Assembly: GCA_902766425.1 (NCBI GenBank)
Contig: CACXDS010000224.1
Location: 130-64,129 of the forward strand
Source: an uncultured Lachnospiraceae bacterium
Lineage (GTDB): Bacteria > Bacillota > Clostridia > Lachnospirales > Lachnospiraceae
Length of the DNA stretch: 64,000 nucleotides
Direction of reading: 5' to 3'
The translations under genes were made by a program, and so were the position numbers. Shown here one piece after another: positions 30,251 through 39,422 of this stretch. Numbering within the stretch: position 1 is the first letter of the stretch; each line of letters starts with the position of its first letter. The notes below the pieces were generated by a model. It saw only the letters and a program-made list of their open reading frames with translations. It was not told where the DNA came from and searched no databases.

Positions 30251-30296
30251 CATTTCATGAAATCTCACCGCCACAACAATCCAACGATCCGCATCC

Positions 30297-32534
30297 TTAT
30301 TTTGCCTTAGCCGGAAATTTCTTGCGCAGCACAAACCACAAGCCTCCCACAATACATACGGAGGAATAGGCACCGCACACAATACCCACCATCAGAGGAA
30401 GTGCAAAATCACGGATGCTGGATACGCCGAGCACATACAGACAGGCAACCATGATAAAAGTGGTCAGGGAAGTAAAGATACTTCTGCTGAGCGTCTGGGT
30501 GATACTCTTATTCACCACATCCTCCAGCTCTTCCTTCCTGCTCATGGCATTCATATTTTCACGTACTCGGTCAAAAATAACGATGGAAGCGTTGATGGAA
30601 TAACCGACGATCGTAAGCATACAAGCGATAAAGGTGTTGCCCACAGATACTCTTGCAGCTGCATAGAAGGCCAATACCACCAACACATCATGCATCAGGG
30701 CTGCGATACTGCTGATACCGAATCTGATATCGCTGAAGCGGATCCTGATATAGATCAACATACAGAGAATGGCAACCGCCACTGCAATAATGGTATCCCT
30801 CTTCATCTCCCCACTGATGGTGGAGCTGATGGTCTCAGAGGTGATCAGATCCCTCTCCACCGCAAAATCACTCACCAGCCTGTCCTCCAGAGCAGTTCTC
30901 TGCTCCAGAGAAAGGGAATTTGTCTTAAAGATCACTTCGTTGGAATCCTGAATAGTCTGGATCTGAACATTGCTGCCCGTTACCTCCCGGATGACAGGTT
31001 CCACCTTTGCGGTTGCCTCCTCAACTGTCATCTTTTCGTTAAAGGTAACTGTGGTAGCCGTACCGCCCTTAAACTCCAGACTATAATTCAAGATGTCCTG
31101 CCCCTTGGAGGCATACACGCCCATCACCACAAAGCCAGCTAAAATAACTGCTATGGAGATCCCAAAGAAAACACCCTTCTTTCCAAGGAAGTTAATACTC
31201 TTTCTCTCTTTGCCGATGCCATACCACTTTGCATCGCGAATACCCAGCGCATACAGCGCATTCATCAAAAGTCTGGTGATCACCAGAGCCGTAAACATAG
31301 AAACCACAATACCGAGTGCCAGCGTCTGTGCAAAGCCCTGAATGGAACCGGGAGCCAGGAAGAGCAGAACGCCTGCGGCGATCAAGGTGGTAATATTACC
31401 GTCCAAAATAGCGGACAATGCCTTGTCAAAACCAATCTTGATGGCACTCTGGGTGGTCTTACCGGTTGCCAGCTCCTCGCGGATACGAGCAAAAATAATG
31501 ACATTGGCATCCACCGCCATACCGATGGAAAGAATGATACCTGCCACACCGGACAGCGTCAGCGTCATATCAAAGCCCCTGATCAAGAGCACCACCAACG
31601 CCACATACAGGCACAGCGCTATAGCGGATGCAAATCCGGAAACATAATATACAACAATCATAAATACCGCAACAATGGCAAGTCCGATGGCACCGGCCTT
31701 TAAGCTTGTCTCGATGGCCTCTGCGCCAAGCTGTGCGCCCACCACCTTGGAATGCAGCTCCTCCAGCTCCAGCTTCAGTCCACCGATACGAATGGTAGAA
31801 GCCAGCTGCTCTGCTTCCTCATAGGAGCGCTGTCCGTTGATCACTGCATGACCGTCCGTTATAATGGCCTGAACGGCAGGCGCAGTGATGATCTGACCAT
31901 CATAGTAGATAGCAATGGAAGCATTGTTATTGTTATATGCCTCTCTGGTCATATCTGCAAATTTGGCGGTACCCTCATCCGACATAGTAAGGGCAACTAC
32001 AATCTCATTATTTCCCAGAGTGGAATCACGCTGAGTCATTGCCTCGGCATTGGCCACATCCGTACCGGTCAAAGGAATGGAACCATCCTCCAGCATCTCT
32101 TCAATGGTCTTATTGAGCACATACCCTGTAGGACCATAGGTATAGTTCTGATTTCCCGCATCATCCTGCTGCCTGATAAAATACAATGCGCCGGGACGAC
32201 CAAGCTCCTGAAGGATCTTATTGGCATCCTGTACACCGGGGATCTCGATGTTGATACGATTGACGCCCTCCTGATATACGATTGCCTCCGTGCTATATCC
32301 CTCCACACGCTGCTGCAGCTTGTAGATAGTATCCTTCATATCCGTACTGTCCGGATTTTCATCTCCCACCACCTGATAGGTGATGCTTACGCCTCCGGCC
32401 AGATCCAAGCCTAGCTTGATGTCCGATGCGCTTCCCGTTCCGGCGGCATCGATACCAAAAAAATCGATATAGGTGATACCCGCCAGAAGAAGGATCAAAC
32501 ACAGTAAAATAATCCATGCCCTACTCTTTTTCAT
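30297..32534 (-). CDS. secDF: Fused protein translocase subunit SecDF
   Basis: LGLDLAGG, IGMAVDANV, DGNITT, LEFKGG, HDV, GYSIN..IVIFDRVRE. Start at MKKSRAW. Confidence 0.95.
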   Translation of the reverse strand: MKKSRAWIILLCLILLLAGITYIDFFGIDAAGTGSASDIKLGLDLAGGVSITYQVVGDENPDSTDMKDTIYKLQQRVEGYSTEAIVYQEGVNRINIEIPGVQDANKILQELGRPGALYFIRQQDDAGNQNYTYGPTGYVLNKTIEEMLEDGSIPLTGTDVANAEAMTQRDSTLGNNEIVVALTMSDEGTAKFADMTREAYNNNNASIAIYYDGQIITAPAVQAIITDGHAVINGQRSYEEAEQLASTIRIGGLKLELEELHSKVVGAQLGAEAIETSLKAGAIGLAIVAVFMIVVYYVSGFASAIALCLYVALVVLLIRGFDMTLTLSGVAGIILSIGMAVDANVIIFARIREELATGKTTQSAIKIGFDKALSAILDGNITTLIAAGVLLFLAPGSIQGFAQTLALGIVVSMFTALVITRLLMNALYALGIRDAKWYGIGKERKSINFLGKKGVFFGISIAVILAGFVVMGVYASKGQDILNYSLEFKGGTATTVTFNEKMTVEEATAKVEPVIREVTGSNVQIQTIQDSNEVIFKTNSLSLEQRTALEDRLVSDFAVERDLITSETISSTISGEMKRDTIIAVAVAILCMLIYIRIRFSDIRFGISSIAALMHDVLVVLAFYAAARVSVGNTFIACMLTIVGYSINASIVIFDRVRENMNAMSRKEELEDVVNKSITQTLSRSIFTSLTTFIMVACLYVLGVSSIRDFALPLMVGIVCGAYSSVCIVGGLWFVLRKKFPAKAK

Positions 32535-32637
32535 TTCCTTTTCCTTTCCGTTCTCTAAGAGTTCTCCGTTTCTTTTTTTTCTCTTGATCACAAGGATCTG
32601 CCCATATGACCAATGATACTCTTGCCGTTTCAGACCA

Positions 32638-34062
32638 CTATTCTTTGGAATCCTGTCCTTCGGAATCCTGCTCCTGTGCATCCATCATTTCCATGGCCTT
32701 CAGCATGATGGCACATTCCACGCGTTTTCTCTCCAGCTCGCAGCCGATATCATATGCGTCATCGATCCTGCCGTGGAAGTTATAGGAATTTGCCGCGCAT
32801 CCTCCGCTACAATAAAACTTTGCAAAGCATTTCCAGCATTTTTCCTTAGCGTACACATTGCACCCCTTAAACTGATTCCGAATATCATTCCTGATCACAC
32901 CCTCTTCCACATTTCCCATCAGGAAATCTTCATTTCCCACGAACTGGTGGCAGGGATACAGATCTCCCCACGGTGTTACCGCCAGATATTCTGTGCCTGC
33001 CCCGCATCCTGACAATCTCTTTGCGACACAGGGACCACCTTGCAGATCGATCATAAAATGGAAGAAATTAAAGGGTCTCCCCTCCCGCCTGCGCTTGATC
33101 ATCTCAGCAGCAAGCTTATCATATTCTTCCCGTATCTTCGGAAGATCCTCCTGCGTAATGGCATAATCATCCGTCGGCTGAGCTACCACCGGCTCCACCG
33201 AGATCTGCTTAAAGCCAAGATCCGCAAGATGCAGTACATCCTCTGAAAAATCAGTATTAAAATGAGTAAAGGTTCCTCTGACATAATAATTTGTCTGATT
33301 CCTGCTCTCCGCAACCTTCTGAAACTTCGGGACGATCAGGTCATAGCTGCCCTGTCCTCCCCGGAAGGGTCTCATCCTGTCATTGACCTCCTTACGGCCG
33401 TCGATACTGAGAACGATGTTCCCCATCTCCCGATTGGCAAACTCCAGAATCTCATCATTCAGAAGAACACCATTTGTAGTCAATGTGAACCGAAACCTTT
33501 TGTTGTGCTCCTTCTCCAGACTTCTTCCGTATTCCACCAGCCTCTTTACCACATCAAAGTTAAGTGTCGGCTCACCGCCAAAGAAATCCACCTCCAGATT
33601 CACGCGATTGCCGGAATTCGCCACCAGAAAATCCAGCGCCTTCTTTCCGACCTCAAAGCTCATAAGAGCTCTTCTCCCATGATATTCCCCCTCCTCCGCA
33701 AAGCAGTACTTGCAGGCAAGATTACAGTCATGAGCGATGTGAAGGCACAGAGCCTTTACTACGGTCTGTCTTTTTTTGAAATCAAAAACATAATTTTCAT
33801 AGATGTCTTTGGCAAAGAGCTGACCATTCTTTTCCAGCTCCAGTACCTCATCCACCGCCTCAAGGATCTCCTCTTCCGGATAAGGGATCCCGGCCAAATG
33901 CACCACAGCAGCCTTGATTGTCTCGGGATCCTTGATTCCCTCCTCCACCAGAGGCTCCACCAAGGGTATCATATCATAGACGATATCATCCACCACATGG
34001 ATGGATCCGCTGGCCACATCCATCACGATATTCAGGCCGTTACTTTTATACTGGTGTACCAC
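32638..34062 (-). CDS. scfB: Thioether cross-link-forming SCIFF peptide maturase (radical SAM/SPASM)
   Basis: CNLACKYC, FFGGEP, SPASM GCGAG..YPC..C..C....YCSGGC..C. Follows the SCIFF peptide. Confidence 0.95.
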   Translation of the reverse strand: MVHQYKSNGLNIVMDVASGSIHVVDDIVYDMIPLVEPLVEEGIKDPETIKAAVVHLAGIPYPEEEILEAVDEVLELEKNGQLFAKDIYENYVFDFKKRQTVVKALCLHIAHDCNLACKYCFAEEGEYHGRRALMSFEVGKKALDFLVANSGNRVNLEVDFFGGEPTLNFDVVKRLVEYGRSLEKEHNKRFRFTLTTNGVLLNDEILEFANREMGNIVLSIDGRKEVNDRMRPFRGGQGSYDLIVPKFQKVAESRNQTNYYVRGTFTHFNTDFSEDVLHLADLGFKQISVEPVVAQPTDDYAITQEDLPKIREEYDKLAAEMIKRRREGRPFNFFHFMIDLQGGPCVAKRLSGCGAGTEYLAVTPWGDLYPCHQFVGNEDFLMGNVEEGVIRNDIRNQFKGCNVYAKEKCWKCFAKFYCSGGCAANSYNFHGRIDDAYDIGCELERKRVECAIMLKAMEMMDAQEQDSEGQDSKE

Positions 34063-34125
34063 AAAAACAACATCCTTTCCACATCACAGATCGCGAGGAA
34101 TAATCCTCGGCATCGATTCAAAATT

Positions 34126-34153
34126 TAAGCAGCGACCTTAGGATCGCTGCTTA
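34126..34153. terminator. Hairpin between scfA and scfB
   Basis: taagcagcga-ccttagga-tcgctgctta inverted repeat. Confidence 0.6.
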
Positions 34154-34195
34154 TGTTCGTCTTTTCAGTTCGATTGATTGTTCTCAGAACAAAAC

Positions 34196-34339
34196 TTACT
34201 TCAACTGCTCACAGCTCTGATTTCCCACAGTGCAGGAAGTTTTGCAGGCTGACTGGCAGGAAGTCTGGCACTCGCCGCATCCGCCCTTCTTTACGGATTC
34301 CTTCAGGTCTCTTGTTGTCAAAGTTTTGATATGTTTCAT
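34196..34339 (-). CDS. scfA: Six-cysteine ranthipeptide precursor SCIFF
   Basis: Own translation, 47 aa, below the ORF-track cutoff: MKHIKTLTTRDLKESVKKGGCGECQTSCQSACKTSCTVGNQSCEQLK. AGGAGG RBS. Confidence 0.97.
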   Translation of the reverse strand: MKHIKTLTTRDLKESVKKGGCGECQTSCQSACKTSCTVGNQSCEQLK

Positions 34340-34419
34340 GAATGAAACCTCCTTTTGTCCCTTCAAATCATAGTATATCTAATAAATCTTTGTCATTGTA
34401 GCATAAAATTTTCCATCTG

Positions 34420-34818
34420 TCAACTAAGCATTCCGCCCAATGTTCCACCTCCGGCGCACAAAAGAAACGATGTGAAAAGGCCTGTTCCGTCAGAAGCGGA
34501 ATGCATTACCAAAGACATTCCCGCCAGAATAAGAAAATACACACTCCCCATAAGCAGTCCCCATATGTACTTTTTACTCTTCGCTTTCTTTCCCGCCAGA
34601 AAGCCCGCCACGAAATTTGATAACAGATAGATCACAATGATTCCGACACTGACTGCATTTCTGCTCAGCTGAAATCGATAGAGCAAAAAAGCAAGCAGCA
34701 ACAGCAGGATCCCTGTCAAAAGATAAGCAATTGCCAAAAAGACCAGATATGCTGCCGGCGCTCCGTTTCCCCGTATTTTTTCTCCATTTGTCGCTTCAAC
34801 CATTCCCCTCTCCTCCAT
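34420..34818 (-). CDS. TIGR04086 family integral membrane protein
   Basis: Four hydrophobic helices, C-terminal GGTLGGMLS, conserved position upstream of SCIFF. Confidence 0.8.
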   Translation of the reverse strand: MEERGMVEATNGEKIRGNGAPAAYLVFLAIAYLLTGILLLLLAFLLYRFQLSRNAVSVGIIVIYLLSNFVAGFLAGKKAKSKKYIWGLLMGSVYFLILAGMSLVMHSASDGTGLFTSFLLCAGGGTLGGMLS

Positions 34819-34947
34819 TCCATTTTCTATTGCAGCTATGTAAATAGTCCGCTATAATTCATTTTATGCTGGTTACTCTCTTTAGATTCCACAGAAAACT
34901 TGACAATACCATGTCCTTTATTGTAAGATTACTTTTAATTATAAATC

Positions 34948-36291
34948 TTGACAAAAAAGGAGTGGTTTTTTTTGGTTGACCCAGGAGTCATACAATCTAT
35001 TATACTTTTTCTGTTAGTTTTACTGTCGGGTTTCTTTTCTTCCGCAGAAACTGCAATGACTACGGTAAACAGAGTCAAAATGCGTGCCATGGAAGAGGAA
35101 GGCAATAAGCGTGCCGCCCTGGTGAACAAAATCCTTGATCACAACGGCAAAATGCTGAGCGCCATTCTCATCGGCAATAATATTGTCAATATCTCAGCCT
35201 CTGCATTAGCCACCACATTGGCGCTTCGGATCAATCTGGCAGTGGGAATTGCCACAGGGATCCTCACATTGGTCATATTGCTGTTTGGCGAAGTCATCCC
35301 CAAGACCTGGGCCATGCACACTGCGGATAAATTAGCTTTGGGTTATAGCCGAACCATTTATCTCCTGATGCAGATATTGACACCCATCATTTTTGTGGTG
35401 GATAAGCTGGCAGAATTTGCTCTTCGGATACTCGGAATCGATCCCAACCAAAAGACCTCCACCATTACAGAGAATGAATTAAAAACCTATGTGGATGTCA
35501 GTCACGAGGATGGTGTGATCGAAACGGAGGAACGGGAGATCATCTATAATGTGTTTGAGTTTTCGGATGCTCTGGCGAAGGACATTATGATCCCCAGAGT
35601 CAATATGGTGACTGTGAGCATCAACGATAATTATCAACAGGTACTCTCCGTCTTCCGGAAACATATGTACACCCGGCTTCCCGTCTATGAAGATGACAAG
35701 GACAATATTATCGGCCTGATCAATATCAAGGATTTCATCCTGACAGATGATCCAGCACATTTTCAGATCAAGGACATTCTGAGACAGGCACATTTTACAT
35801 TTGAATATAAGAAGGTCTCCGAGCTTCTCTATGAGATTCGCGAAAAGACCACCAGCGTTACCTTTGTAGTCAATGAATATGGTGTGACCGTAGGAATGAT
35901 CACTCTGGAAGATCTGCTGGAGGAAATCGTCGGAGAGATCCGCGATGAATACGACGCCGATGAAATAGAAAAGATCAAAAAACTGGATGACAGAACCTAT
36001 CTGATCGAAGGCAGCATGAATCTGGATGATGTCAACGATTCCCTTGACATTCATCTGGAAAGCGAGGAATACGATTCTCTGGGCGGCATTCTGATCGAAG
36101 GGCTGGGCCATCTTCCCGAGGACGGCGAAGAGGTGACTCTATCCGACGGCACCATCCTCAAGGTGCAGGGGGTGGATCAAAATCGGATTGAAAAGGTCCT
36201 GCTGACATTGCCGGAGCCAAAGGACGAGTCCGGTGGGGAGACAGATGCGGATACTCCTTCGGAGGAGCATTCCGCAAAAGAAAACTCCTAG
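34948..36291 (+). CDS. Hemolysin family / CNNM (DUF21-CBS-CorC) protein
   Basis: SGFFSSAETA, ILIGNN, FGEVIPK, CBS pair, LEDLLEEIVGEIRDE. Confidence 0.93.
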   Translation: MTKKEWFFLVDPGVIQSIILFLLVLLSGFFSSAETAMTTVNRVKMRAMEEEGNKRAALVNKILDHNGKMLSAILIGNNIVNISASALATTLALRINLAVGIATGILTLVILLFGEVIPKTWAMHTADKLALGYSRTIYLLMQILTPIIFVVDKLAEFALRILGIDPNQKTSTITENELKTYVDVSHEDGVIETEEREIIYNVFEFSDALAKDIMIPRVNMVTVSINDNYQQVLSVFRKHMYTRLPVYEDDKDNIIGLINIKDFILTDDPAHFQIKDILRQAHFTFEYKKVSELLYEIREKTTSVTFVVNEYGVTVGMITLEDLLEEIVGEIRDEYDADEIEKIKKLDDRTYLIEGSMNLDDVNDSLDIHLESEEYDSLGGILIEGLGHLPEDGEEVTLSDGTILKVQGVDQNRIEKVLLTLPEPKDESGGETDADTPSEEHSAKENS

Positions 36292-36343
36292 AAATCATAA
36301 TTCCCAGAAATCAATTTAGAAATACAAGCAACATAACTAAAAT

Positions 36344-36383
36344 AAAAAGCGGATCCGGAAATCATTCTCCGGATCCGCTTTTT
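36344..36383. terminator. Bidirectional terminator
   Basis: aaaaagcggatccgga...tccggatccgcttttt between convergent genes. Confidence 0.9.
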
Positions 36384-36422
36384 GAAATCTCCCTTTCTCA
36401 CTCCTTATAACAGCACTCCCCC

Positions 36423-39344
36423 TCATCCCTTATAGCAGCTTTCCTCAGGTCCAAGATAGGAGGGCTTCAGGCTCTTTCCTGCGGGATAGATCAGAATTCT
36501 TTCCAACACCATTCCCGCTTCCAACGCACCTATGGTTAAGGTCTGGACACCCTCCTCAAAAGGAAGCTCCGTCTTTACCACATGGATCTGATTCATGACA
36601 GCTGATGACCATCTGTAATCGTTATAATCGCCCCCTCTGAAATCCGCCTCCAGAATGTTAACGATCTTCTCCTGCTTCCCATTGCCAACGACCGCACGCA
36701 ATGCTCTCTTATTCACCAGAGAATTCACAGGCGAGGTCCAGATCTCCACCACATGCTCCCCGGCCTTCTCTATCACAAATTGATATGTGATCTCCGGCTT
36801 ATCGTCTTTCTCCGAAAACTCCTCCGTGGAAGGTAATACCTTCATTCCGTTCCCGCTTCGTCCATGTCCCTTCAGAAGTACAAATTCAGCGCTTGCAGCT
36901 CCCTTCTTCTTGGCATAATGGTTGGCCTCCATCACAATGACACCATCGGACGGTAAGAAGGTCATTTCCTCATAGCGGCCCAGATCAACAGCCCGCGCCT
37001 TTACCTCCACTGCAACCACAGCATCACCGTCGGAGATCAAAAGCCGACATTGTGCTTCCTTGTCAAAACCGACTTCTCCGGCCAGAACGCCTCTCTCACA
37101 GTAAAGCTCTATTTTGGTCAGGCCCTCTACATCTCCCTCCAGAGCGGATACCTGAAGCCAAGCAGGAATTTCTCCCTTCTCCGCCCGGATCGTGTAGTGA
37201 AGCGTATCCACACCGTCGTTGCTGATCTCCAGATTGACCTGATTCTTTCCCATATTTAAGAAATCATACACCTTGATGCACTGCGGTGCACCGTAATTCT
37301 TAGTGGCGAGCGTGGGATCATCCTCTCTGGAAACACTCATTCTGGGGGCCAGAACCGGTTCTACCACATTTCGCACCGGATATCTCCATCCGTCATCATT
37401 CCACTTGGTAAATCCGATGTGCTTCTCCAATTCCATTCCGGCCCATTTTCCGTTGCGGAATTCGGAAAATTCGGTACAAAGTCTTCTGTCCTCGTCAATA
37501 CATTCCTTCATCAGCTCGCCATAGATATTGGCATAGGGGCGCCCCTGGCCCGCATAATACTGGTTCTTTCCGGCAAAGAGCTGCATCTTGATCAGGTTCA
37601 TGCTGATCCTGGCAGGATAATAGATCATGCTATAGGCCGGGATCTTTGCCAGGCGATCCAACGCCTCATAGGTGCTTTCATTGCGCTCCTCCAGTTCCTG
37701 TATTCTCGCCAGCATCCGATCCGTTTCGCTGTAATTACAGGGGTGATAAATTCCCGTATGGAGAGCCTCCGGTCTTCTCATATAATTCAGATTGACAAAA
37801 TCCGTATAAATATCAGCCAGCGCCTGCTGCAGCTCTGCAGAGACACTGGGGAAATTCTTAGCTGCCCACTGGGTCATATAGCTCTGCCAGCTGTTGGGAG
37901 CACTGCTGCCCCATTTTTCAAAATCATAGGCAAGATCCAGAAAATAATTGAGCGCCACCTCGTTGCCCTTGATATCTCCCACATTGACGATCCATACATC
38001 CTTGATCCCATAATCATAAGCTTCCGTCATCTGCTCCCATACCAGGGACATAGGGGTAGAGGGCATCCACTCATAGGAGACGGGCCCACCATGATAATCA
38101 AAGTGATAATACATGCCGAAGCCGCCCTTGTGATCCCGCATCTCCCTGGTGGGCAGGGTTCTCATGTGACCATAGTTGTCCTCACAGAGCATAATGATCA
38201 CATTTTCCAGATCCTTCCATCCCTTCAGTCCTTCCGTGTTCTCATCCCCATAGTAATAGGCTTCCACCTCTTTATAGAGGGCAAGGAGCTGAGGGACCTT
38301 ATCCACATCATAATTTACATAATGCATGATCAGACCGCGCTGTGCACGGATGATGGTCTTTAAAAGATCGATATTCTCCTTTAAGGTAGCATCGGGTCCC
38401 AGCATAGAGCTGTCCCGCTCACCGCGCATGCCAATGGTCACAAGATGCTTATACTTCCCGCTTCTTTTCAGGGAATCCGTCCAGTAATTGACCAATCCCT
38501 CCATGTTGGTGTGGAAATTCCACTCCGTTCCGTAGGGGGAATCGGGTCCCTTCACCTTATCCCACTCTTCACTGGCACGAAGACAGGGCTCATGATGGGA
38601 ATAGGCGATGGTGATACCATACATGTCGGCCAATTCCTCATTCAGGCTTCCCGGGCCATCCAGAGGAAAGCTGGACGCCCACATGGCCGGCCACATAAAA
38701 TTCCCCTTCATCCGAAGCAAAAACTCAAAAACATGATCGTAAAGCTTTGCGTTGACGCCGCCAAAGTGCTTCATGGCCCAGGTACCGAAGCAGGGCCATT
38801 CGTCATTGATGAAAAAGCCTCGATATTTCACGCTGGGCTCCTTGGAGACCACTTCAATATCCTCTTCAAGTACAATGTTATCCCGATGCTCCGGCACAGC
38901 GTCTCCAAACTGAATCATGGGAGATACCCCGATATACTCGGACAAAGCAAACAGTCCATAGATGGTCCCCAGCTTATCGCTGCCGGCAATGATCAAGGAA
39001 TTTCCAACGATGGCGATCTTATATACTTCTCTTTTCCCTTGAATCTGAGATATCCCCATGAGACCGAGATCACAGAAATAATCCAGTGTTTCACTGTTCC
39101 CCAGGGTTCCGACAAAGATATTGTTTCCCTCAAAGAAACCATCCAGGACATTTACGCTGTCCTCTGCCGACATATCCTCCTTGGGGAAGACATCCTTCAC
39201 GATCACCTGCGGCAATATACCGCAGACCTTTTTCACATCCTTTGCCACCTTGTCCGTAATGCGCTTCACTCCGGGATAAACACTGCTCTCCACAACAAAG
39301 CTGCTCACTTCACCATCCACTGCCAACTTACATGTTCGACCCAT
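36423..39344 (-). CDS. GH115 xylan alpha-glucuronidase
   Basis: PSVKYRGFFINDE, GNFMWPAMW, SHHEP, GMRGERD, YYHFDY, WIVNVGDIK. Confidence 0.92.
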   Translation of the reverse strand: MGRTCKLAVDGEVSSFVVESSVYPGVKRITDKVAKDVKKVCGILPQVIVKDVFPKEDMSAEDSVNVLDGFFEGNNIFVGTLGNSETLDYFCDLGLMGISQIQGKREVYKIAIVGNSLIIAGSDKLGTIYGLFALSEYIGVSPMIQFGDAVPEHRDNIVLEEDIEVVSKEPSVKYRGFFINDEWPCFGTWAMKHFGGVNAKLYDHVFEFLLRMKGNFMWPAMWASSFPLDGPGSLNEELADMYGITIAYSHHEPCLRASEEWDKVKGPDSPYGTEWNFHTNMEGLVNYWTDSLKRSGKYKHLVTIGMRGERDSSMLGPDATLKENIDLLKTIIRAQRGLIMHYVNYDVDKVPQLLALYKEVEAYYYGDENTEGLKGWKDLENVIIMLCEDNYGHMRTLPTREMRDHKGGFGMYYHFDYHGGPVSYEWMPSTPMSLVWEQMTEAYDYGIKDVWIVNVGDIKGNEVALNYFLDLAYDFEKWGSSAPNSWQSYMTQWAAKNFPSVSAELQQALADIYTDFVNLNYMRRPEALHTGIYHPCNYSETDRMLARIQELEERNESTYEALDRLAKIPAYSMIYYPARISMNLIKMQLFAGKNQYYAGQGRPYANIYGELMKECIDEDRRLCTEFSEFRNGKWAGMELEKHIGFTKWNDDGWRYPVRNVVEPVLAPRMSVSREDDPTLATKNYGAPQCIKVYDFLNMGKNQVNLEISNDGVDTLHYTIRAEKGEIPAWLQVSALEGDVEGLTKIELYCERGVLAGEVGFDKEAQCRLLISDGDAVVAVEVKARAVDLGRYEEMTFLPSDGVIVMEANHYAKKKGAASAEFVLLKGHGRSGNGMKVLPSTEEFSEKDDKPEITYQFVIEKAGEHVVEIWTSPVNSLVNKRALRAVVGNGKQEKIVNILEADFRGGDYNDYRWSSAVMNQIHVVKTELPFEEGVQTLTIGALEAGMVLERILIYPAGKSLKPSYLGPEESCYKG

Positions 39345-39422
39345 TCCGTATAAACCTCTCTGTTATTCCACTTTTGAAAACAAGAGCGCACTCTCGTACT
39401 CTCTTGTCCTCACTTACCTATA

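Noticed and set aside
32535-32681. N-terminal extension of the secDF ORF overlapping scfB
   Set aside because: It is an open-frame extension only. The RBS-like purine tract and first TM helix support the start at 32534.
32638-34339. SCIFF locus as a novel RiPP system
   Set aside because: It matches the already described, widely conserved clostridial scfA/scfB ranthipeptide system.
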